32,000 bases of DNA from Vibrio vulnificus CMCP6 (GTDB lineage Bacteria > Pseudomonadota > Gammaproteobacteria > Enterobacterales > Vibrionaceae): the NCBI RefSeq assembly GCF_000039765.1, contig NC_004459.3, positions 1,290,001 through 1,322,000 on the forward strand, in the 5' to 3' direction. The stretch's first letter is position 1, and each line of letters opens with the position of its first letter. This document shows, one piece after another, positions 19,887-30,187 of the stretch. A program made the position numbers and the translations under genes. The notes beneath the pieces are model-generated. The model saw only the letters and a program-made list of their open reading frames with translations. It did not search any database and was not told the DNA's origin.

Positions 19887-21805
19887 TGGCTATTGAACTC
19901 CTGTTCCATCTGTTCCAGTACTTCCTGTTCTGCCATCCACTCCATTTCAATCTCTTCGAGAGCGGATTTACTTTGTGCTTGCAGCGCCAGTACTTGAGTA
20001 AGTTTAGCTTTATTTTCGGCATCATACAGTGAGTTATCAGACAATTGCTGCTCTGCTTCTGCCAACGCTTCGCCCAACTTATCCATTTTCGCTTCTAACT
20101 GTGTCAGTTTTTTGCGAATTGGTGCGGTTAACTTACGAAAATCGGCTTCACGACGCTTTTGCTCTTTTTTCGCTGCGGCACTGTTGCTGCTGTCTTTGGC
20201 AGGCATTTCTGCGGCCGCTTCGCGACGCTCCGCTTTTTGCTGTTCAGTGAGCCATTTGTAGTAGTCATTGAGATCACCATCAAATGGAGCCACTTGGCGA
20301 TCGTGCACTAGGTAAAGATCATCGGTGGTCGCGCGGATCAAATAGCGATCGTGTGAGACGATCACCATCGCGCCTTCAAAGGTTTGCAGTGCCAGTGTCA
20401 GCGCTTGGCGCATATCTAAGTCTAGGTGGTTGGTCGGTTCGTCGAGCAGCAGTAAGTTTGGTTTTTGCCAGACGATCAACGCTAACACTAAGCGAGCTTT
20501 TTCTCCGCCTGAAAATGGCGCCACTTTCTCCAGTGCTTTGTCACCGTGAAAACCAAAACTACCCAGATAATTACGCAGTTCTTGTTCGGTTTTATCTGGC
20601 GCGATCTGCATCATGTGTTGCAGTGGCGTTTCTTCGGGATGCAAGGTTTCCAATTGGTGTTGAGCAAAGTAACCAATTTTGACGCCTTGCGAGTAAGTCA
20701 AATCGCCACCTTGGGCTTTCAACTCTCCGGAGAGGAGCTTGATCAGCGTTGATTTACCAGCGCCGTTGCGGCCGAGCAAACCAATGCGGCTGCCTGGCAC
20801 CAGATTAAGACGAATTTTATCGAGGATGAGGTTGTCACCGTAACCGGCAGAAACGTCATCCATCATCATGATCGGATTTGGCAGCGCGGCAGGTTCACGA
20901 AATTCAAAGCTAAATGGGTTATCAAACTGTGCGGGGAGCACTTTTTCTAACTTCTCCAGCGCTTTGATGCGGCTTTGCGCTTGGCGTGCTTTGGACGCCT
21001 TGTAGCGGAAACGATCGATGTAGCTTTGCATGTGCGCCATCTGCTTCTGCTGCTTCTCAAACATCGATTGTTGCAGGATCAGTTTCTGAGCGCGCTGGTT
21101 TTCAAATGATGAGTAGTTACCGGTGTACTCATTGAGTTTCTGGTTTTCAATGTGAACGATGCGGTTCACGATTGGGTCGAGAAAATCACGGTCGTGCGAG
21201 ATCAGCATCAAAGTACCTGGGTAGCTTTGTAGCCAACGTTCTAGCCACATGACAGCATCAAGGTCTAAGTGGTTGGTTGGTTCGTCAAGCAGCAACAGAT
21301 CAGAACGACACAGCAGGGCTTGAGCAAGGTTGAGACGCATGCGCCAGCCACCCGAAAACTGGGTCAGGTTCCAATGCATCTGCTCTTGGCTAAAACCTAA
21401 ACCATCCAAAAGCTCTGAAGCGCGTGCACGAATGCTGTAGCCGCCAATGGTTTCAATTTTACCGTGCAATTCAGCAATGCGAGTCCCTTGTTCTTGTGCT
21501 TCGGCTTCCGCCAACTGGCGTTCAAGCTGACGATATTCACGATCGCCATCAATCACATATTCAATGGCGCTGCGTTCTAAAGCGGGCGTTTCCTGTGCGA
21601 CCCAAGCTAACTCCCAATGTTGAGGAGAGCTAAATGAGCCCGCATCAATCGAAAGTTCGTCTTTAATTAAGGCAAACAGGGTGGATTTACCACAGCCATT
21701 TTTGCCGACAAGGCCGATTTTATCACCCGGATGAATCGTTGCGGATGCTTGGTCAAGGAGAGGAGAGCCGCCGCGCAGCAGCTGGATATCTGAAAAGGTA
21801 ATCAT
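19883..21805 (-). CDS. yheS: ABC-F family ATPase
   Basis: Two ABC cassettes: GLVGKNGCGKSTLF ... LLLDEPTNHLDLDAVMWLE and GLLGRNGAGKSTLIKLL ... LLLDEPTNHLDLDMRQAL; C-terminal coiled coil. Confidence 0.96.
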   Translation of the reverse strand: MITFSDIQLLRGGSPLLDQASATIHPGDKIGLVGKNGCGKSTLFALIKDELSIDAGSFSSPQHWELAWVAQETPALERSAIEYVIDGDREYRQLERQLAEAEAQEQGTRIAELHGKIETIGGYSIRARASELLDGLGFSQEQMHWNLTQFSGGWRMRLNLAQALLCRSDLLLLDEPTNHLDLDAVMWLERWLQSYPGTLMLISHDRDFLDPIVNRIVHIENQKLNEYTGNYSSFENQRAQKLILQQSMFEKQQKQMAHMQSYIDRFRYKASKARQAQSRIKALEKLEKVLPAQFDNPFSFEFREPAALPNPIMMMDDVSAGYGDNLILDKIRLNLVPGSRIGLLGRNGAGKSTLIKLLSGELKAQGGDLTYSQGVKIGYFAQHQLETLHPEETPLQHMMQIAPDKTEQELRNYLGSFGFHGDKALEKVAPFSGGEKARLVLALIVWQKPNLLLLDEPTNHLDLDMRQALTLALQTFEGAMVIVSHDRYLIRATTDDLYLVHDRQVAPFDGDLNDYYKWLTEQQKAERREAAAEMPAKDSSNSAAAKKEQKRREADFRKLTAPIRKKLTQLEAKMDKLGEALAEAEQQLSDNSLYDAENKAKLTQVLALQAQSKSALEEIEMEWMAEQEVLEQMEQEFNSQ

Positions 21806-22007
21806 GTCGTTCTGCTTAGTTTATCAATGCTGTTTATTCGTGCACTTTCTTGCTGCGCATAGTAGGAGGAAAGAGGATAAATGTCGATCATTATGCAAAT
21901 ATGAGTATGATGAGTAACAAGTGAGTAACACTTTGTTTTATTAGCTTCCACGCAAGTTCAAGGGGAGCCGATCACAAAGACGATAAATGGGACGAATGGA
22001 AGACGCC

Positions 22008-22586
22008 ATGATGATCAATAGCGCGATAACAAAAAAACAGCCCAAAGTTTTGGTGATTTATGCCCACCCGGAGTCACACACGTCCGTGGCCAATCAGGTC
22101 ATGATTAAGAAAATCTCCTCATTGTCGCACGTGACCATTCGTGACCTTTACGCCATCTACCCAGATTTCTTTATTGATGTGAAAGCCGAGCATAAATTGT
22201 TGCTTGAGCACGATGTTATTGTTCTGCATCACCCTATGTTTATGTATTCCTGCCCTGCGTTACTCAAAGAGTGGATTGACCGTGTGTTGGGCAAGGGCTT
22301 TGCGTTTGGGCAAGGCCAAGCGTTGGCGGGGAAGTATTGGCGCAGCGTCATCACCACCGGTGGCAAAAAAGAAGCATTTAGCGCCAAAGGCTACAATAAA
22401 TACCCACTCGAAGAGATTCTGCAGCCATTTGAATTAACCGCGGCACTGTGTCAAATGCACTGGATTGAACCCTTAGTGCTCTATTGGGCGAGAAACGTCT
22501 CTGATGTAGAACGCTATCAACACGCCGAGCAGTATCGGCAGTGGCTCAACGATCCGTTAGGAGGTTTTGATGGCTCTCACCAGTGA
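22008..22586 (+). CDS. kefG: Glutathione-regulated potassium-efflux ancillary protein
   Basis: Flavodoxin-like fold KVLVIYAHPESHTSVANQ, LHHPMFMYSCPALLKEWIDRVL; overlaps kefB. Start ambiguous among 21987, 22008 and 22011. Confidence 0.9.
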   Translation: MMINSAITKKQPKVLVIYAHPESHTSVANQVMIKKISSLSHVTIRDLYAIYPDFFIDVKAEHKLLLEHDVIVLHHPMFMYSCPALLKEWIDRVLGKGFAFGQGQALAGKYWRSVITTGGKKEAFSAKGYNKYPLEEILQPFELTAALCQMHWIEPLVLYWARNVSDVERYQHAEQYRQWLNDPLGGFDGSHQ

Positions 22587-24372
22587 TTTTTTACAAACCA
22601 GTGTGGTCTTTCTCTCTGCTGCGGTAGTCGCGGTGCCATTGGCGCAGCGCTCTGGATTGGGGTCGGTCCTGGGTTATCTGCTGGCAGGCGTGGCCATTGG
22701 CCCATGGGGATTGGGGCTCATTAGCGATGTTGACGCCATCTTACACTTTGCCGAGCTTGGCGTGGTACTGCTGCTGTTTCTGATTGGTTTGGAGTTGAAT
22801 CCGAAAAAATTATGGCAAATGCGCGGTCCTATTTTAGGCTTGGGTGGCGCTCAGGTGGTGATCACCACCTTACTGATTGCCAGCATCATCCAATGGTTTA
22901 GCGTGAGTTGGAATACTGCGCTGGTGATTGGAATGGGGCTTGCGCTCTCCTCCACCGCGATTGCGCTTAAAGTACTTGAAGAGCAAGGGCTTGCAAGAAC
23001 GGAAACGGGTCAGTCTGGCTTTGCCGTGTTGCTGTTCCAAGATATTGCCGTTATTCCTATGCTCGCGTTGTTGCCGCTCTTGGCGGGAAGCGGCATGAGT
23101 GGCGATTGGCTGAGTTCCTTACTGACCTTCTCTGCGGTGGTTGGGCTTTTGGTTGGCGGACACTTTTTATTGCGACCGCTGTTTCGCTATGTGGTGCTCA
23201 CTGGAGTCAGAGAGCTGTTTACCGTCACCGCTTTACTGGTGGTGCTTGGTATTGCGATGCTGATGCAGCAGTTGGGTTTATCGATGGCTCTTGGCACTTT
23301 CTTAGCTGGGGTATTGTTGGCGGAAAGTGAATATCGCCACGAGCTAGAGATTGCGATTGAGCCTTTTAAAGGGTTGCTACTTGGCTTGTTTTTCATTGCG
23401 GTCGGCATGGCGGTCAACTTAGGGTTACTGGTGGTCCATCCGATAGAAGTGATTTCTGCGGTGTTGGGATTGGTGGCGCTTAAAGGAGCAGTACTTTACT
23501 TGTTGGGGCGTGTGAGTCGTATGCGTGCGAAAGCGCGCAGCCGTATGGCGGCGATTCTCAGCCAAGGGGGAGAGTTTGCCTTTGTTATTTTTACTGCGGC
23601 GAGCAAAGAGGGGCTGCTCAATCCCAGTGAAGTCTCGTTCTTACTGGTGGTGGTGAGTTTGTCGATGGTCACCACCCCGCTATTGCTCAATATTCAGAAA
23701 TGGTGGTATGCCCGAACGTTAAATCAAGAGAGTGACGTGCTGGCACCGGATGTTGTGGATACGGAGCCGCGAGTGATCATTGCGGGTTTTGGCCGTTTTG
23801 GTCAGATTGTCGGCCGCTTACTGTATGCCAACAAGATCAAAGTGACGGTCTTAGAGAGCGATGCTAGCCAGATCCAACTGTTACGGAAATATGGCTACAA
23901 GGTTTTTTATGGTGATGCCACTCAGTTAGATTTGCTACGAGCGGCAGGCGCGGCCAAAGCCGAAGCGTTAGTGATTTGTACTGATTCACCGGATCAAGTG
24001 ATGAGTATTGTTGAGTTGTGTCAGCAGCATTTCCCGAATTTGAAAGTGTTGGCGCGAGCACGTAGTCGCGTAGAAGCTTATCAATTGCTCAGTCATGGTG
24101 TGAGCACTTATTCGCGTGAGACCTTTTTAGGTGCGCTTGATCTTGGGCGTCAAACCTTAGTGGAAATCGGCATGCACCCCTATCAAGCAAAGCGGGCAGA
24201 AGCGCATTTTCGCAAGCTAGATAATGCTATGCTTAAAGAGCTATTGCCGCAGCACAATCAAGATAAAAAATTGGCACAGCGTGCTAAAGAAGCGAGAAAA
24301 GAACTAGAAGAAATCTTTGCGCATGAGATGGAAAACGATCATCAGTCGCGAAATTTCTGGGATGAAAGGTAG
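22570..24372 (+). CDS. kefB: Glutathione-regulated K+/H+ antiporter (CPA2 family with RCK_N domain)
   Basis: Multi-TM CPA2 N-terminus with GLALSSTAIALKVL, LFQDIAVIPML and HELEIAIEPFKGLLLGLFFIAVGM; C-terminal NAD-binding VIIAGFGRFGQIVGRLL. Confidence 0.93.
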   Translation: MALTSDFLQTSVVFLSAAVVAVPLAQRSGLGSVLGYLLAGVAIGPWGLGLISDVDAILHFAELGVVLLLFLIGLELNPKKLWQMRGPILGLGGAQVVITTLLIASIIQWFSVSWNTALVIGMGLALSSTAIALKVLEEQGLARTETGQSGFAVLLFQDIAVIPMLALLPLLAGSGMSGDWLSSLLTFSAVVGLLVGGHFLLRPLFRYVVLTGVRELFTVTALLVVLGIAMLMQQLGLSMALGTFLAGVLLAESEYRHELEIAIEPFKGLLLGLFFIAVGMAVNLGLLVVHPIEVISAVLGLVALKGAVLYLLGRVSRMRAKARSRMAAILSQGGEFAFVIFTAASKEGLLNPSEVSFLLVVVSLSMVTTPLLLNIQKWWYARTLNQESDVLAPDVVDTEPRVIIAGFGRFGQIVGRLLYANKIKVTVLESDASQIQLLRKYGYKVFYGDATQLDLLRAAGAAKAEALVICTDSPDQVMSIVELCQQHFPNLKVLARARSRVEAYQLLSHGVSTYSRETFLGALDLGRQTLVEIGMHPYQAKRAEAHFRKLDNAMLKELLPQHNQDKKLAQRAKEARKELEEIFAHEMENDHQSRNFWDER

Positions 24373-24374
24373 TC

Positions 24375-24581
24375 ATGTTAGTGAAAAGCAAAAAACGTTT
24401 TATTGCTGGGGCCAGCTGTCCTTCGTGTCAGCAGCAAGACACTCTATTGTGGTGGAGTGAGAACAATATCGAGCTGGTGGAATGTGTCGAGTGTGACTTC
24501 AAAGAGCAACGCAAGCCAAAGTCTGTAGATAAAAATAAACACGCGGATCAGGAAATGATCGGTATTTTTAAGCCGGAATAA
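24375..24581 (+). CDS. yheV: YheV family putative zinc ribbon protein
   Basis: CPSCQQQDTLLWW...VECVECDF, two CxxC pairs; immediately after kefB. Confidence 0.93.
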   Translation: MLVKSKKRFIAGASCPSCQQQDTLLWWSENNIELVECVECDFKEQRKPKSVDKNKHADQEMIGIFKPE

Positions 24582-24676
24582 TTGAGTTTCTCAGATTGAT
24601 CCCCATAATATCGGCATTGATATTTGGTTCTGACTGATTGGGATTGGTCAGGCAAATTAACCTCTCTGGAGTAGTT

Positions 24677-25276
24677 ATGAAAATTGAAAAGAACGTGGTT
24701 GTTAGCCTTGCGTATCAGGTAAAACTGGAAGATGGCATTGTGGTTGACTCTTCAACAACCGATGCACCACTGGATTACTTGCACGGTCACAACAACCTAA
24801 TCACTGGCCTAGAAAACGAGCTTGAAGGCAAAGTGGCGGGTGATAAATTCACAGTGACAGTTGCTCCGGAAGATGCGTACGGCGAGCACAACGATGCGTT
24901 GGTTCAACGTGTACCAGCGGAAGTATTCCAAGGTGTTGACCAAATCGAAGTGGGCATGCGTTTCCTTGCTGACACAGACCAAGGTCCAATCCCTGTTGAA
25001 GTGACTGAAGTTGATGGTGATGAAGTGGTGGTGGATGGTAACCACATGCTAGCTGGCCAAACACTGACATTCGACGTAGAAGTGGTTGCTGTTCGTGAAG
25101 CGACAGCGGAAGAGATCGAGCACGGTCACATCCATCAAGGTGGCGGTTGCTGTGGTGGTCATGATCATGACCATGATCACGACCACGAAGGCGGCTGTTG
25201 TGGCGGCGAAGGTCACGGCCACAGCCACGGCGAAAAAGACGGTTGCTGCGGTGGCGGTAGCTGCGGTTCACACTAA
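24677..25276 (+). CDS. slyD: FKBP-type peptidyl-prolyl isomerase SlyD
   Basis: MKIEKNVVVSLAYQVKLEDGIVVDSS..., followed by a His/Cys/Gly-rich metal-binding tail (CCGGHDHDHDHDHEGGCCGG...). Confidence 0.97.
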   Translation: MKIEKNVVVSLAYQVKLEDGIVVDSSTTDAPLDYLHGHNNLITGLENELEGKVAGDKFTVTVAPEDAYGEHNDALVQRVPAEVFQGVDQIEVGMRFLADTDQGPIPVEVTEVDGDEVVVDGNHMLAGQTLTFDVEVVAVREATAEEIEHGHIHQGGGCCGGHDHDHDHDHEGGCCGGEGHGHSHGEKDGCCGGGSCGSH

Positions 25277-25318
25277 TTGAACCCATCTCTCGAATAAGTC
25301 GGGAGAGTTTAGGTAAAC

Positions 25319-25352
25319 AAGCGCAAGCGGAGAAATCTGCTTGCGCTTTTTT
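25319..25352 (+). terminator. Rho-independent terminator after slyD
   Basis: Stem AAGCGCAAGC/GCTTGCGCTT, 10-nt loop, followed by a T-run. Confidence 0.9.
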
Positions 25353-25402
25353 CTATTCTACGCTCAGATATTGGCCAAGGATTCTTAATGAGTAGAGCCA
25401 CG

Positions 25403-26344
25403 ATGAACAAGCCTTTTTCCATTGCCATTCACGGTGGTGCCGGCACCATTTTACGCAGCCAGATGAGCGATGAGCTCAAAGAGGCCATTTTGTCCGATTT
25501 ACAACACGCGGTCAGAGCGGGGTATCAATTACTTGAGCAAGGAGCCGATGCATTGGATGCGGTGGTGGCTGCGGCCAAAGTGTTGGAAGACTCGCCGAAT
25601 TTCAATGCAGGAAAAGGTTCGGTGCTGACTCACAATGAAATGGTGGAGATGGATGCCTCTGTGATGCATGGACGAGAGCTCAAAGCGGGGGCCGTTGCTG
25701 GGGTTCGCCATATCAAAAACCCCATAGAGCTGGCGCGTGATGTGATGCAAAACAGTGCTCATGTCCTACTCATTGGGGAAGGGGCGGAGAAATTTGCTTT
25801 TGAGCAAGGCCAGCAGTACACCGAACAGGATTATTTCTTTACTGACCGACGCTATGAGCAACTGCTCTCGATGCGTGAAAAAGGCTTGTTTGCGTTGTCG
25901 GAAGCCAAATATCCCGATGATAAAAAACATGGCACGGTGGGTGCGGTGGCGCTGGATCAGCAAGGCAATCTTGCGGCCGCTACCAGTACGGGCGGTGTCA
26001 CCAATAAAAAATATGGCCGCGTTGGCGATTCTGCGCTGATTGGCTGTGGCACCGTGGCAAAAAATGGCGTGGTGGCGGTGTCGACGACTGGCGTGGGCGA
26101 GTTCTTTATTCGTAAGCGTGTGGCCGAAGATGTTGCGGCGCGGATGCGCTATCTCAACGAAGATGTGCATACGGCGTGTGAGCAGATTATTCACGGAGAG
26201 CTGAAGAGCATGGGTGGCGAAGGCGGTTTAATTGCGGTTGATGCGCAGGGGGACATTCACTTTGCCATGAACAGTTCCGGTATGTATCGAGCGGCCATCA
26301 ATACCCAAGGCGAGCTTTGCGTGAAAATCTACGCTGACGAATAA
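25403..26344 (+). CDS. Isoaspartyl peptidase/L-asparaginase (Ntn hydrolase, type III asparaginase)
   Basis: IAIHGGAGTI, NAGKGSVLTHNEMVEMDASVMHG and GTVGAVALDQQGNLAAATSTGG (Thr nucleophile after the cleavage site). Confidence 0.93.
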   Translation: MNKPFSIAIHGGAGTILRSQMSDELKEAILSDLQHAVRAGYQLLEQGADALDAVVAAAKVLEDSPNFNAGKGSVLTHNEMVEMDASVMHGRELKAGAVAGVRHIKNPIELARDVMQNSAHVLLIGEGAEKFAFEQGQQYTEQDYFFTDRRYEQLLSMREKGLFALSEAKYPDDKKHGTVGAVALDQQGNLAAATSTGGVTNKKYGRVGDSALIGCGTVAKNGVVAVSTTGVGEFFIRKRVAEDVAARMRYLNEDVHTACEQIIHGELKSMGGEGGLIAVDAQGDIHFAMNSSGMYRAAINTQGELCVKIYADE

Positions 26345-26387
26345 ACAACGCAACAAGCCGCCATCCTACTATCCGTAACAAAACACT

Positions 26388-26411
26388 AAGCCCAGCAGAT
26401 TTGCTGGGCTT
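26388..26411. terminator. Terminator between the convergent isoaspartyl peptidase gene and slyX
   Basis: Stem AAGCCCAGCA/TGCTGGGCTT with 4-nt loop in the convergent intergenic region; weak T-tract. Confidence 0.65.
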
Positions 26412-26438
26412 GGTTGAGTTTGAACTTAACTTTTGAGT

Positions 26439-26666
26439 TTAGTAGTGCGGTGGTGGTGGCTCTTTTGCTGGGTCTACCATGTTTGAGCTGTCCATATTCT
26501 TCATTTTGCCGACCACATACTTCATCTGATCTTGCATCTTGGCAATCAGCAGTTGCTGCTGCGTCAGAGCGTCGTTCAGTTCTTCAATCGTCTGTTCTTG
26601 AAACGCCACCTGACACTCCAAGTCATTGATGCGGTTTTCAAGCAATGCGATGGTTTTTTCTGTCAT
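26439..26666 (-). CDS. slyX: SlyX protein
   Basis: MTEKTIALLENRINDLECQVAFQEQTIEELNDAL..., C-terminal PPPPHY. Start MTEK chosen within ORF 26439..26687. Confidence 0.95.
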   Translation of the reverse strand: MTEKTIALLENRINDLECQVAFQEQTIEELNDALTQQQLLIAKMQDQMKYVVGKMKNMDSSNMVDPAKEPPPPHY

Positions 26667-26668
26667 GC

Positions 26669-27652
26669 TTAATTCTCCAATGGCCATGCTTGGGCGATGC
26701 CTGCAGAGGTTGCCGTAATCACTCGGCGCTGAGCATCAAAAGCGGCATCATACACTACCGCGCGAGGAGGGCGAGCATCTTTTAACGGTTCCACCTCATA
26801 ACTTTCAATTTGTTTACCGCTGGTGGTATTCCAAACCGCGACTCGACCTGAAGGGGTTCCTGTCACCAGTAAACGACCATCATCAGAAAAACGTGCCGTA
26901 GAGAAGATTAACTGGCGTGACCAACTTTTTAATTGGCTAATTTGTTGACCCGTTTTCAAATCCCACACAATCGCTTGGTTGCCGCCATCAGAGGTGAAGG
27001 CTAATTGGCCGTCACGTTGTAAAGCAACACGATTGACGCGCTCTTCGTGCTCAAAGGTGCGCATGACTAATCCTGTTTCGGTATCCCAAAGGTAGGCTTT
27101 GTAATCATTTCCGCCAGTCAGTGCGAAACGGCCATTGGCGGAGATGGCGACAGAATTCACTTTTTCTCGGTGAGCAAGGAACTCCATTCGCCGTCCGGTG
27201 ACTAAGTTGACGTAAATGGCTTTCCCGTTGGACAAACCAAGGAGGACTTGTTCGCCGTTGCTGCTGATATCAACATCACGGATCAATCCGTCTGAGATCG
27301 ACCAAAGACCTTCAGACTGGCTTAAGCCAAGATCCCACACCGCAAAGTTCATTTGCGTGGCGGTCACCGCGAAGCGGCCGTTATCAGAGATTCGGATGTT
27401 GGACACGACGTTGGCTTCAGGATCTTGCTCGCCGAGTTGGGCAAGTTCTTTGCTCTCGACCAAATCCCACAGCACCAAATGGCGTTGGGTTGAGTAGAGC
27501 AACGCAAAACGGCCATCACGACTTAAGGCGAAACTGGTGGAACCTTGTGGTTCGATTTCCCAACGTTGTTCATCCTGCGTAGAAAAAAAACAGCCATTTA
27601 ACAGAGGAATGACAATTAGCAAGAGTAAGGAATGAAGAATTCTTTGCATCAC
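26669..27652 (-). CDS. WD40-repeat outer-membrane/periplasmic lipoprotein
   Basis: Lipoprotein signal MMQRILHSLLLLIVIPLLNGC; repeated ...ISxNGRFAxTGGNDYKAYLWD... blades. Confidence 0.85.
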   Translation of the reverse strand: MMQRILHSLLLLIVIPLLNGCFFSTQDEQRWEIEPQGSTSFALSRDGRFALLYSTQRHLVLWDLVESKELAQLGEQDPEANVVSNIRISDNGRFAVTATQMNFAVWDLGLSQSEGLWSISDGLIRDVDISSNGEQVLLGLSNGKAIYVNLVTGRRMEFLAHREKVNSVAISANGRFALTGGNDYKAYLWDTETGLVMRTFEHEERVNRVALQRDGQLAFTSDGGNQAIVWDLKTGQQISQLKSWSRQLIFSTARFSDDGRLLVTGTPSGRVAVWNTTSGKQIESYEVEPLKDARPPRAVVYDAAFDAQRRVITATSAGIAQAWPLEN

Positions 27653-27777
27653 ATCTAATAATCCGGTTTGTGTCCCAAGACATATAGCTAGTATATTGGT
27701 ATAACAATCGACTTCACCAATCTGTTATGAGATTTGTGGACAATAACCAATGGTTTATCCATTAATTGGAGAGTTTA

Positions 27778-28560
27778 ATGAAATCAGTTTTAAAAGTGTC
27801 ACTGCTTGCAGCTACTGTAATGCTGGCAGTCGGCTGTCAGAAAGAAGAAGCAAAACCAGCAGCCGCACCACAAGCAGAGCAGGTACAGGCAGAAACCGGT
27901 AAAGCGGTTCACTTTAAATCAGAAGATGACAAAGCGGCTTACGCGATTGGCGTGTCGTTTGCTAACTACCTAAGTGCAAGCCTAGACAAGCCAAGTGAAA
28001 TTGGTATCAACCTAAATAAAGATTTGGTGCTTAAAGGTATCGAGCATGTTTTTGCTGGTAACCCTGAGCTGAATGAAGAAGAAACACGCGCGGCACTAGA
28101 AGCGCTAGATAAGCGCGTAGCTGAAACCATGCAGAAGAAAGCGGCAGAAAAAGCAGAAGCTGCAAAGAAAGCCGGTGATGAATTCCGCGCTGAGTTTGAA
28201 AAACAAGAAGGTGTGGTGAAGACGGACACTGGTCTTCTATACCAAGTGATCACGCCTGCTGAAGGTGAGAAACCAAAAGACACCGACACAGTTCAAGTTC
28301 ACTACAAAGGTACATTAACAGATGGTACTCAGTTCGATAGCTCTTACGATCGTGGTGAGCCAGCAACTTTCCCACTGAACCGAGTTATCCCAGGTTGGAC
28401 GGAAGGTGTTCAATTGATGCCAGTAGGTTCTAAGTTCAAGTTCGTTATTCCACCTGAGCTAGCGTACGGCGCGCAAGACACGCCAAGCATTCCAGCGAAC
28501 TCAACATTGGTGTTCGAAGTCGAACTATTGAAGATTGAAAACGGCGACAACGCGCAGTAA
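27778..28560 (+). CDS. fkpA: FKBP-type peptidyl-prolyl cis-trans isomerase (FkpA/Mip type, probable lipoprotein)
   Basis: Signal with lipobox-like LAVGC; Mip-like dimerisation helix; FKBP domain VQVHYKGTLTDGTQFDSSYDRGEPATFPLNRVIPGWTEGVQLM. Confidence 0.93.
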   Translation: MKSVLKVSLLAATVMLAVGCQKEEAKPAAAPQAEQVQAETGKAVHFKSEDDKAAYAIGVSFANYLSASLDKPSEIGINLNKDLVLKGIEHVFAGNPELNEEETRAALEALDKRVAETMQKKAAEKAEAAKKAGDEFRAEFEKQEGVVKTDTGLLYQVITPAEGEKPKDTDTVQVHYKGTLTDGTQFDSSYDRGEPATFPLNRVIPGWTEGVQLMPVGSKFKFVIPPELAYGAQDTPSIPANSTLVFEVELLKIENGDNAQ

Positions 28561-28580
28561 TTTGCAATAGTTTCGCAATC

Positions 28581-28611
28581 AAAAGGGCTCGAATCATTCG
28601 AGCCCTTTTTT
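28581..28611 (+). terminator. Rho-independent terminator after fkpA
   Basis: 13-bp stem AAAAGGGCTCGAA/TTCGAGCCCTTTT with TCA loop and T-run. Confidence 0.93.
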
Positions 28612-28711
28612 GTTCTAAGTCACTAGTTCGTCACTTAGCTAGGTGTTCTGCTCAAAATTTCTGATAAACTTACAGCAATTTGTTGATTATTCGCTCTAAG
28701 GCTAAGAAAAA

Positions 28712-29434
28712 GTGACAACGACAGAAACACTAACTGCAGATATGTTGCTCGAAATGGAGTCCGTTCATGTGAAGCCATTTACTGAGCACGACAAAATCAT
28801 TCTTCGTTCTTATGAAGCCGTGGTTGACGGGATTGCCAGCCTGATTGGGCCATTTTGTGAGATCGTTTTACACTCGCTGGAAGATTTAAATACCTCTGCG
28901 ATCAAAATCGCGAACGGTGAGAACACAGGCCGTCAGGTCGGCTCCCCAATTACCGATTTGGCGCTCAAAATGTTGCGTGATATCGAAGGGTCTGAGCGTA
29001 ACTTCTCACGTTCGTACTTTACTCGCGCCAAGGGCGGGGTATTGATGAAATCGATCACCGTCGCAATCCGTAACGGAGACAATCGTGTCATTGGCTTGTT
29101 GTGTATCAACGTCAATTTGGATGCACCATTCTCGCAAGTGTTGCAATCTTTCATGCCAACGGAAGAAGCGAAGCAAGCGGCTTCCTCTGTTAACTTCGCA
29201 AGCGATGTGGAAGAGTTGGTGGATCAAACGGTTGAGCGCACCATTGAAGAAATCAATGCCGACAAATCCGTCTCCAACAACACTAAGAACCGTCAAATTG
29301 TCATGGAACTGTTTGATAAAGGCATTTTTGATATTAAAGATGCCATCAACCGAGTGGCTGACCGACTGAATATTTCCAAACACACGGTTTACCTCTACAT
29401 CCGTCAGCGTAAAACTGAGGAAGATGAGAAGTGA
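28712..29434 (+). CDS. YheO-like PAS/helix-turn-helix transcriptional regulator
   Basis: N-terminal PAS-like domain ([29 protein letters not shown]); C-terminal [26 protein letters not shown]; upstream of tusDCB. GTG start. Confidence 0.88.
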   Translation: MTTTETLTADMLLEMESVHVKPFTEHDKIILRSYEAVVDGIASLIGPFCEIVLHSLEDLNTSAIKIANGENTGRQVGSPITDLALKMLRDIEGSERNFSRSYFTRAKGGVLMKSITVAIRNGDNRVIGLLCINVNLDAPFSQVLQSFMPTEEAKQAASSVNFASDVEELVDQTVERTIEEINADKSVSNNTKNRQIVMELFDKGIFDIKDAINRVADRLNISKHTVYLYIRQRKTEEDEK

Positions 29435-29826
29435 GCACGTTACGCTACACTTTGGTGGTGAATGGCTCAGTGTATGGTAGCCAATCGGCGCGAACGGCGT
29501 ATCAATTTGCTAGCGCTTTGATAGAGAAAGGGCATACCTTAGTGAGTGTCTTTTTCTATCAAGATGGCGTTACCAATGGCACTGAGCTCACCGTGCCTGC
29601 TAATGATGAATTTCATTTGACCAAAGCATGGCAACAGTTGGCAAAGCAACACAATGTAAGGCTGGAGACCTGTGTCGCTGCCGCACTGCGTCGTGGTGTT
29701 GTTAGCCAATCTGAGGCCTCGCAGCATGGCCTGTTGCAACATAATCTGGCGGACGGGTTCGAACAAGCAGGTTTGGGCAGTTTGGCAGAAGCGATGTTAA
29801 CCCAAGATAGAGTGGTGCAATTTTGA
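29431..29826 (+). CDS. tusD: tRNA 2-thiouridine sulfurtransferase subunit TusD
   Basis: DsrE-like fold, [32 protein letters not shown]; first gene of tusDCB. Confidence 0.95.
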   Translation: MSTLRYTLVVNGSVYGSQSARTAYQFASALIEKGHTLVSVFFYQDGVTNGTELTVPANDEFHLTKAWQQLAKQHNVRLETCVAAALRRGVVSQSEASQHGLLQHNLADGFEQAGLGSLAEAMLTQDRVVQF

Positions 29827-30179
29827 GTCAGTTAACGTATCTCTTTCGCACCGCGCCACATAGCCACTCTTCTGGTAGAGAAGGCGTTGATGCGTTGCTA
29901 GCGGCCTCTGCGTATTGCGAAGCGATCAGCGTGGTCTTCATCGGTGATGGTGTCTATCAGTTGCTGGCAGGTCAGCAAACGGCATCCATTCTGTGTAAAG
30001 ATTATGCACCAATGTTCAAGTTGTTTGATTTGTACGATATTGAGCACGTGTACGTTTGCCAGCAATCGCTGCAGCAACGTGGCTTAACGAGTGAAGATTT
30101 GCTCATTGAGGTCGAGGTGGTTGACACTGCGCAGCTACAAGGTGTTCTTCATAACTCGGCGCAACTGCTTTCATTCTAA
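29823..30179 (+). CDS. tusC: TusC sulfur relay subunit
   Basis: [28 protein letters not shown]; overlaps tusD stop. Confidence 0.94.
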   Translation: MSQLTYLFRTAPHSHSSGREGVDALLAASAYCEAISVVFIGDGVYQLLAGQQTASILCKDYAPMFKLFDLYDIEHVYVCQQSLQQRGLTSEDLLIEVEVVDTAQLQGVLHNSAQLLSF

Positions 30180-30187
30180 GGAATATC

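Noticed and set aside
20029-20752. Plus-strand ORFs (73, 132 and 68 aa) opposite yheS.
   Set aside because: yheS is unambiguous on the minus strand. These are overlapping shadow ORFs with low-complexity composition.
25086-25286. Low-complexity overlapping ORFs in the slyD 3' end (His/Gly/Cys-rich), possibly a repeat array.
   Set aside because: The repetitiveness is explained by the metal-binding tail of SlyD; the alternate frames are artefacts of GGT/CAT-type codon runs.
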